This document shows, piece by piece, positions 55,701 to 64,000 of a stretch of DNA of 64,000 nt. How positions within the stretch are numbered: position 1 is the stretch's first letter; each line of letters begins with the position of its first letter. The notes beneath the pieces were generated by a model, which was not told where the DNA came from, did not search any database, and worked only from the letters and a program-made list of their open reading frames with translations. Made by a program: the position numbers and the translations under genes. Source of the DNA: Adineta vaga (Eukaryota; Animalia; Rotifera); assembly GCA_021613535.1 (NCBI GenBank), contig CP075495.1, positions 5,270,001 through 5,334,000 of the forward strand, in the 5' to 3' direction.

Positions 55701-56396
55701 ATTTTGAATACATTCATTTTCTTTCTTCATATTGACAATCAAAATCGACTTTATTTTTGGTACATATTCTTTTGTAAATTCCTTATTTTCCCTGATATCA
55801 TTTTTCAGTTTTTTATTGATCATTATAAAAATCACAGGTATAGCTATTTACATATGTTTGTAAAATACATGGATTGATTCATCATCGATCGCTAGCTCAT
55901 ATAACATCAAGTTTGAAGAAAATTAAATTATTCCTTGGTTTCTTTTACGTAGGCTCGTCTCAATGCTAAAACACATGAATTAACATCGATGAGTAAACAA
56001 ATGGATGTATCACAATCAGATCAGAAAAGTCGAGAAGATACATTTAATTCTAAAGTAAGTTATTTTCAATGAAATTGATCACTTATCAGTGGATTGACTT
56101 TTCAGGAACGTTCCCTTCAGCAACGTATCAACGAACTTGAACAGCAAATATCGAAACTTCGACTTGATTGTACTCAAATAAAACGTGATAAAGATGATGC
56201 AGAACGACGTTATACATCTCAATTAAGTGAATTACGTGATAAACTTGAACAATCAAATAATAATAATCGTTCCATGCAAAGTTATGTTAACTCTCTGAAA
56301 ACAACATATGCTACAGTATTTAATGATAATGTTCCATCATCCTTTACAGCAACACCTTTTTCACGATTTACATCAACACCAAGTGTATTTCCTTGA
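52769..56396 (+). CDS. ODF2: Outer dense fiber protein 2 / cenexin-like centriolar coiled-coil protein
   Basis: N-terminal PPVDVH and PWIPPPG motifs, LEPLPELLRQAELR, and diagnostic C-terminus LRDKLEQS..NNRSMQSYV.SLKTTYATVF. Multiple short introns. Confidence 0.82.
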
Positions 56397-57032
56397 TATA
56401 TACATATATGTAATTTCGATTTTGTTTAATCTGAATCTTTTATTTGTACACACCAGGACAAACTAGGAAAAAAAATTATGTGTATGTTTATTTGTGATCG
56501 AAATATTCGAGTTTCTTTTTTATGTATTCATATTATAGAATGTAGTCAATTTCTTTTCTTTTTTTATTGTCATAGAGTAGATTGTTTGAAAAGTATATAT
56601 TAATTTCTCAATAATATACGATACAAGTAACATCATTATTGCGTACTTCTCTTTCATAACACGATAGGATATATTGATGATTATTTTGCCAATCATTTGA
56701 TTGACATTGATTAAGCTACTTGAAAACCAATACCATTAGTAGGATGACCTTCGTTTTAATGAGAGCAATATGCTTATATCCATAATAGAAAAATTATAAA
56801 TATATCAAAGTACATAAGAAGTCGGATCACAATATTTAATCTGAGAATAATCCACAGAAGTTATTATTTCTAGGCAACAAAATGTAAAAGTTACTTATTT
56901 TGCTATCTAATATTGGATCAGCTGCTTCTCTTCTCATATGCATATACACGGGTACAAATACGATCTAATAGCATCATTTCAATCGGTTTATTGACCTTAA
57001 AATAACAATCTTATTTTATTTTATTTTTAATA

Positions 57033-58118
57033 ATGAAGTACATCTATTACTTGACTTTCTTCTTTAATCTATTTCAAATTTCATTTTCGAAAGAAAAATG
57101 CTATGGTCCTTATGTAACTGCATCAAGTATTGAAGCATTAAATAGAGTATACATCTCGTACAACCATTACCTGTTGACTGTGGTGGATTATCATGTGAAT
57201 TTTATCTGAAGCCAAGTTCAGCTTTAGGTTTACATGGACCTTTGAGGTAGTCTTTAACTAGTAGATTTCCGACATACTTAAATTTTCATTGTATATATAT
57301 ATATATGTAGTGCGTATGGTCCACTCGGATTACTTGGATCCATCGGTCATCATATATGGAATCCGACAGCATGGCGATTAGAATCAACGACACTTATTGA
57401 TTGGATGTCATCTAATATGTTATTTGGTCATGATAGTAATCCACTTTCTTCTGCAGGTCCTTTATCATCCGATTCATATCATACTAAACTTCCATCAATT
57501 AATGATTTTGGTAAACAATTACAAGCATTAGGTTTATGGGGAGTTCTGGGTCCACTTGGACCGCTTGGCAGTCTTGGACCTCTTGGTGCTCTTGGACCTA
57601 CGGGTCCATATAATACAATTAATTTAGAAGGACATCATAGTGTTCCAGTCCAATGGACATCAACTGAAACGCGTCGTTTTGATTTAGTTGAAGTTCTTGA
57701 TGAATCACATGTTCATGAAGAATTGGATTGTTCATTTATGATTCTCGGTGTTATCAATCGTCATGATGAAACCGATAGTTATTATTTCAATTGTAATTCA
57801 AATCAATTTGTTACTATTGTTCTTATACCTGAACATAGTCTTGATTATTTTAATATGACTCTTTATGAAAATAATAGTTCCTCGAAAAAGATTGCATCAA
57901 GTGATTCAATGAATTATATTAATTTTATACAATTAGGATTAGTGAAGAACACCAATGGTTCATTTCGTATTGATGTAAATCTACATGAAATGCATCAATT
58001 TATTTTGGCACATTCCTATCGATTAATTGTTACTGGTTCACAAGATTTACTTGATTTAGATGAAGAAGAAAATAATATACAAGGACCACATATTATTAAA
58101 TGTACCGATGAAAGCTAA
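57033..58118 (+). CDS. Secreted protein with GPL-repeat segments and a C-terminal PPC (pre-peptidase C-terminal)-like beta domain; horizontal-transfer candidate
   Basis: Signal peptide from ATG 57033, a frame change near 57114-57150, and an intron at 57247-57310. PSSALGLHGPLSAYGPLGLLG, LGPLGPLGSLGPLGALGPTG, then GVI..HDETDSYYF...NQFVTIVL....LDYFNMTLY. Confidence 0.7.
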
Positions 58119-58297
58119 GATAGTTTTTCTTCATATTTCAACCAAAGTGAATGAAAATAAAATCAGTATCTGAGTCAACAGAGAAGATGATACTACAAAA
58201 CGAATAAATTTGTATATTTTAAATATTTATATATATATATATATATATGATTATAAGTAAAAGTAAACTACATAAATCAAAATAATAGTGTTTTGTA

Positions 58298-58674
58298 TTA
58301 ATGTTTCTTATGAGCAGGAGGTGCATGATAAATAGGCGCTCCACCGATATATCCATCTTTATTGATATCAATATGCGTAGCTTTTTCAATTTTGCCAATT
58401 AATCCTAGTTATAGAAGAAAATCATCGATTAAACTTTAGTTTACTATAAAGTTCGTTGTACCTCCGTTAGGTGGTGGTCGATGACCACCAACAATTCCAT
58501 CACGATTGAAATCAACGTGAGTTTTCTTTTCCACATGATCGGTCAAACCAGGTCCACCAATTCGACCATCTTTATTTAAATCTAAACCAACTTTTTCTTC
58601 AATTTTATTGATAATGAAACCTAGATAAAAACTTTACATAAATCATTGATTTTACACTTTTTTTACTCACTCAT
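58298..58674 (-). CDS. 89-aa protein with three DxNxDG (calcium-loop-like) repeats; absent from the ORF track
   Basis: Exons 58674-58671 (ATGA), 58620-58462 and 58404-58298 with GT-AG introns total 270 nt. Product: MSFIINKIEEKVGLDLNKDGRIGGPGLTDHVEKKTHVDFNRDGIVGGHRPPPNGGLIGKIEKATHIDINKDGYIGGAPIYHAPPAHKKH. Confidence 0.88.
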
Positions 58675-58734
58675 TTTCGTTCTTAGATATCGCTTCGGTA
58701 CGTTTTATGTTCGTACTATTTATTTTTCTTCACC

Positions 58735-58985
58735 TTTTATAATGATGTATAATCAACTGGCTACGACGTTTGATTTCATGAATAAAACATTCATCATCAA
58801 TTATAGAGAGTGAGTAAAGTAATCCGTGAATCATGTATTCGAATCAACAAAACAAAACGAATCAAACGACGTAAAAGATACGCACGTATCTTTTCGTTTC
58901 AAATTTATATGCAAAAGAATGTCTAAATGACGTAAGAGACCATCTAATTATAGCTAAGAAACAAACTAAATAGATCTTGACGTAA
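58735..58985 (-). promoter_or_regulatory. TATA box and clustered CRE/ATF-like sites upstream of the DxNxDG gene
   Basis: TATAAAA at 58741-58735 (minus). TGACGTAA at 58928-58935 and 58978-58985 (plus). Further ACGACGT copies near 58763 and 58866. Confidence 0.55.
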
Positions 58986-59801
58986 ATAACTAGTCAACTC
59001 TATATGTATACAGAGATAAGACATTCATACTGATTTCTAATTCTTTCTCCTCGATAGATGACTTTAATCTTACTGTTCAGTTTTCCTCTCTATTCAAACA
59101 TGGCTACGCTTCTTTCAAGACGATATCGAATATTTCTAATAATTATAGTATTTCTTTTTTTAATTTTGATATTTCCAAGCAAGACTTTTCTATCTTGAGT
59201 CAATTAGATAGATGATGAACGAGGATGTCGTAACATGATTATTGACTTTAAGCCTAAAAGCAATGTAGTCTCGAACAGAGCAACAAGAACTTCAGTAGAA
59301 TTGTATTAGCCGACATATCTTTCTGTTCTTCAACTTGTATTTTTATCATTGCATATGGGAAATGTGAACAGATGGTATCACATTTGATTTAATTATTTAG
59401 GGCGATTTTACAATTGCAAGAAGTATTCAATAAAATATAGATACTTAACTAGGTTCCAAGTTTTCCGATGACTGTTTTTTACTTATTTTTAGCTATCATC
59501 TTTTTTTTAAAATAAAAACAAAAAATCACAGACAAAAACGTCAATCGAACACACTTGGGAAGTCTTCATATGTATATGTATATGTATATAAGAAATAGAT
59601 AAAAACATGCAACACTTTTATCAGTAAAAGAGACAGAAAGATAACAAACAATGATGAAAATTTCGAAAAAAATGCAAATCAACTGTCTCGTTGTTTCAAT
59701 TTTGATAAAGAAAAACGTTCAATCTATTGCATCAAAATCTTCTAATAAAAATAAATATCTGAGAAAACTTTGCTTTCTTTTTCACTCACAATTCTTCACA
59801 A

Positions 59802-62800
59802 CTAATCCAAACGACGTAAATTTTTTAAAGCACATTTTGCTGCAGCATTCTTTGCAATACGATAATTTCTTCCGACACCTTTAAAACGTCCCTTACCAAT
59901 AATTTCTACTGTTACACGTATTCGTCCATCAAGTAATCGTTCAGGTTTTTCAAATTTGACTGTTTCTGGTTCTAATTCAAGTAATTCACGTATTGGTGAT
60001 TTTGGAACTTTCGTTGTGAATTTTTCAATAAATGGTTTTAACATTCGATAATAAATTTTCCATACAGTATTAAATGATTTATTGGAATCAAGAAAGATTG
60101 CACCAGCCACTGATTCGAATATATCACCGAGACATTTTGGAACTTCAGTTTCTTCCCATTCATCAGGTTCATTCATTGTTGTTTCATCCTCTTGTTCATC
60201 ATGTGAAGTCGATAAATGTTCATCATCAATAGAAGATGATGCTATAGCATTACTGTATGTATCTTTATTATTCGATGCGGATGATGTTAAAAAATCATAA
60301 TAAAAAAATTCATCATTTTCATCATCATCATCACCTAAATTGCATTCATCAAAACCGGACCATGATGATTTATCTTTTTGTGTTTGAACAAATTTATCAA
60401 TTAATAAAAATAAGTCATTCGAATGACAACGAAAATATTTATGGAAATCATATTTCACAGCAATATATGCAAAGATATTATTATTGACTAGAGCAGAACG
60501 AAGGTCAGTTAATTCACCAGGTGAATGTCGTTTTGGATGCTAGAAAAGAAAACATACATCGAACGTTTATCAAATCAAAAGATGGATTAAATTCACTAAC
60601 TTCATAGAGATAACGAGTGATAACATAATCAAGAACAGCATCACCGAGAAATTCTAAACGTTGATAACAATCTGTAATTGTATTATAAGAATATGATGCA
60701 TGAGTAAATGCTTGAATGAGATAAGCACGTTGACGAAAACGATAGCCAATTAATTGTTCAAATCGATCGAAATCATATGATTGAATTGTTGATAGAACGG
60801 ATGGATTCGTATAATCAACGGGTGAAGGTAATGGAGGTAATTCACCAGTCATTTCTGTTCCATCCTCTAAAAACAAGAAGTAGTTTGATAGTTTTCTTTA
60901 GACATACTTTCTGATCATTCGATGAATACGAACCAAGACGAAGTTTAGGAAATATTCGAATACCAAGCCAAGCCATAAATCGAAGCGCTGCTTTAGGACC
61001 ACTGGCAATCAAATAAGCACCAATTAAAGCTTCAACTGCATCAGCAATGCTTTTATCTGATATTAAATGTTGAGTACGACGATCATATGAAGGTGTCCAT
61101 TGTTGATCATTCGTCAAAGCTGTTGTTTGAAATATAGTTGTACTTGGATTATTTAATACTGTTGTTAATGATGCAGGTACAGCTGTTGAAGATTGTAAAT
61201 TTGTTTTTGCTAGTCTTCGTTGTTCACGACGTTCTTGTAATTCAATCCAATCAACATTTGTAGTTGAGTCAGATTTTGTCCATAATTCTACACCTGAACT
61301 TGATAATAAACCATATTCAGTTGGTGTTCCCGATGTAAACAAAGGTCTACGATAATGAATGAAAAAAAATGAATGATCAAATTAAAATTTAAAAAAGAAA
61401 ACAACTTACGGAATCCAATTTTCAAATGGTTCAAATTTTGTACTAATTAAATATTCACCTAATGACTTTCGTCTACCAAGTTTATATAGATTATAATTTG
61501 AAACAATTTTTGAACGAAAAAAACTTAATTTTCCTTCATGAACATGTGTATATGTGCAATAGATATACACGGTTACTGCTTGTTTAAGAAACGAATCTCC
61601 GACTGTTTCTAAACGTTCGAGATCAAATCCATCGCCAGCATTCGATAATGTCAAGGCTTGTAAAAGTAAAGCTGGTGATGGACCTGGATGAGATTCGGGT
61701 AAATATTCGAAATCTAAATTGATATTTAATGGTTCAGAAAAATCATCAATAATGCCACTATCATATCCATTCTCTAATGAAGTAATATTTGGTTTTGATG
61801 ATGATGGCAAAGTTACTGAAGGTTTAACAAGTTCTTGTGATGATTGTTTTCTATCTTGTTCATTATCTTCATCATCATCCTGTAAAACATCTTCGATATT
61901 TAATAAACGTTTGATAAGTGGTGTAGGTTCAAAATGAATAACTGAAGAGGAAGTAGTAAATGGTTGAGACATAGTTTGAGTGGGTTCTTCAATTTGTACA
62001 TTTGTGAGATAGTTGGATTTCTCGTAAATTACTTTCTTAGGAGTATTTGTTGTTAAATTCAATGAGGAAAAAACATCGATTTCTTCTGATTTATTAGAAT
62101 CAATTGTTGGCTGTGTATTGGCCATTAATTTTGAAAGAAATTTCTTAGATTTCATTTTCAAATCTTCATGTAAACGTGGCAAATCAATATGATAATTCGG
62201 TACTTTTGTTTCCATCAAAGAATTCTTTGCTTGTTTCTTATGTTTTGTTGGTACTGAAGAATTCTTTGGTTTCTTATCTTCTTGCTGTTCATCATCATCT
62301 TCATCATCGTCATCGTCATCATCTAGAGATGATGATTCATTCAATTGTTTTTTTGGTGTAGTTATCCATGCTGAAATAGTATAGAATTGAATAACTTCTT
62401 TTGGTACGAAAACAATAAATTTACTTGATGACGATTGATTATTTTTTTGTGAATGAACAGATGGAGGAGGAGCAGTATGCTGACGATCTTCTTCCTCTTC
62501 ATCATCATCGAGATCTATATCATCATCAAAATCACCATCTTCAAACTAAAATTTTTCAGAAATATAATTTCTTGTTTCAACAAGACATGAAGAATCCAAT
62601 GACTTACATCAGCAGCATTAATCATAATGCAACGATCTTTTGCTTCAAGCCATGCAGTATCATCTGAAAATAGATAGTTTATCAAATCAGATGCTATTCT
62701 TCACATGAATTTCTACTTGTCCAACTATGAATATCATTTTCATTCCATACACTTATTTCAAAATTCCAATTTGGATCAATAGGTTCATCGGCAAAAAATA

Positions 62801-64000
62801 CATCATTATTATCTAATAGAGCAGAGAATTGTGCTTCTTTTTTCTCATCCCAATCAAAAGTTAATTTATCAAATTGTCCATCTTCAGGTGCCCAAGCAAC
62901 TCCGACACCTGTTTCCAATGCTACTGTTCGTCTTAATTGTTCTACTAATATCAAACAATTGATACGATAGAGCATACTAGGTAATGCAATAATTCCTTGC
63001 CATAATTGTGCATTAATTGGATGAATAATAACTAATTCTGGTATTAAGAAAACACCTTGATGATGATGATGATTCGTTGTTCCATTTGTTTTCGTATGTT
63101 GATTAGTTCGATTTGTATTTCGATTATTTGCTGTTGTAGTTGATTTCATCATTTTAAAATTCATATAACGTGGAATCAATTGATTGAGACGATGAGATGT
63201 ATGTGAAACACATAATAACGGTTGAGTTTTATTAGTTAAACGTAATTCATATTTTATTTCATAATAGGATGAAAATGTATCATAAATTGTTGATACAGAT
63301 GGAAATGATGAAAGTGGATTTTTATTTGTATCAATTGAATTGACAATGTAATATTGTGGTTGAGTTGAACGACGATACGATGGTAAAACAATACATGTTT
63401 GATTGAAACTATCAGCATTGAATACATAAGGATTATCGAGTGTATATTTTTGTAAATACATTGATTGTATAAAAGAGATAATATCTTTTGTTAATTTCCA
63501 ATCGATGGAATATGAACCTGAAGGATCTTTTTTTAATAAAATAATAATTAAATGAGATTGTGTTTGTTCAGGATTGAAATTAACTAATGGACGATCAAAA
63601 CCAAGTATAGAAGAAAATAAATAATAATGCACAGTTTGTAACATGCGATATTCATCAGATGTAAAACGAAGATTTTTCATAATCATATCAAGATTATAAG
63701 TTTCTTCACCGGCACGTGTAAATAATGAAAATGCTGGAATCTATCAAACAAAGAAATTCATACTGATAATCAACAGATACGTTGATTCTCTTTTTGTCTT
63801 ACTTCAAGAAGATAATTTCCTGAGAGAATACCAATTCGATTTGGATTGGATTGATTTGTATAGATATTTGTTGATTTCTGTTGTTCATTGGTTTGAACTA
63901 ATGGTGTAGTTAATGCACCATTGATACAATAAACAAAGAAATCCGATGAACTAGTAGTAGATATTGGTTCAGGTATAATCTAATTATTTCGAAAGAATGA
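59802..64000 (-). CDS. DICER1: Dicer endoribonuclease (PAZ, RNase IIIa, RNase IIIb, dsRBD); 5' part outside window
   Basis: [23 protein letters not shown]; connector [18 protein letters not shown]; RNase IIIa [12 protein letters not shown] and [13 protein letters not shown]; RNase IIIb [14 protein letters not shown] and [13 protein letters not shown]; ds[13 protein letters not shown]...[10 protein letters not shown]. Confidence 0.96.

Overview
Eukaryotic, very AT-rich, gene-dense DNA with many short (about 50-65 nt) GT-AG introns. The metazoan gene content, intron size and bacterial-type genes suggest a bdelloid rotifer (inference, not shown directly). No CRISPR array, rRNA, tRNA or intact transposon was recognised. 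About 21 protein-coding loci were reconstructed by hand: VPS33 (partial); a tandem pair of ABHD4/5-like hydrolases; an intronless class-A beta-lactamase-fold protein with a golvesin/xanthan-lyase-type C-terminal domain; a small secreted precursor ending in RR-EQASIFKWG; two adhesion GPCRs plus a decayed third copy; a GRD-like GABA-receptor subunit; HP1; SEC23; an anion-type nicotinic receptor alpha subunit; an orphan type-I membrane protein; HPS4; RAD54L2/ARIP4; an orphan coiled-coil protein; a Cys-rich EB-module membrane protein; a small His/Gly/Gln-rich protein; a class-A neuropeptide GPCR; ODF2; a secreted GPL-repeat/PPC-like protein; an 89-aa three-exon DxNxDG-repeat protein that the ORF track misses; and Dicer (partial). 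The best leads are the two bacterial-type horizontal-transfer candidates, the hidden DxNxDG micro-gene and its promoter, the putative IFKWamide neuropeptide, the enzyme/pseudoenzyme ABHD pair, two Cys-loop channels with 'swapped' selectivity motifs, and an HP1 with a natural T51E-like substitution. Family assignments rest on recalled motifs; no database search was run.
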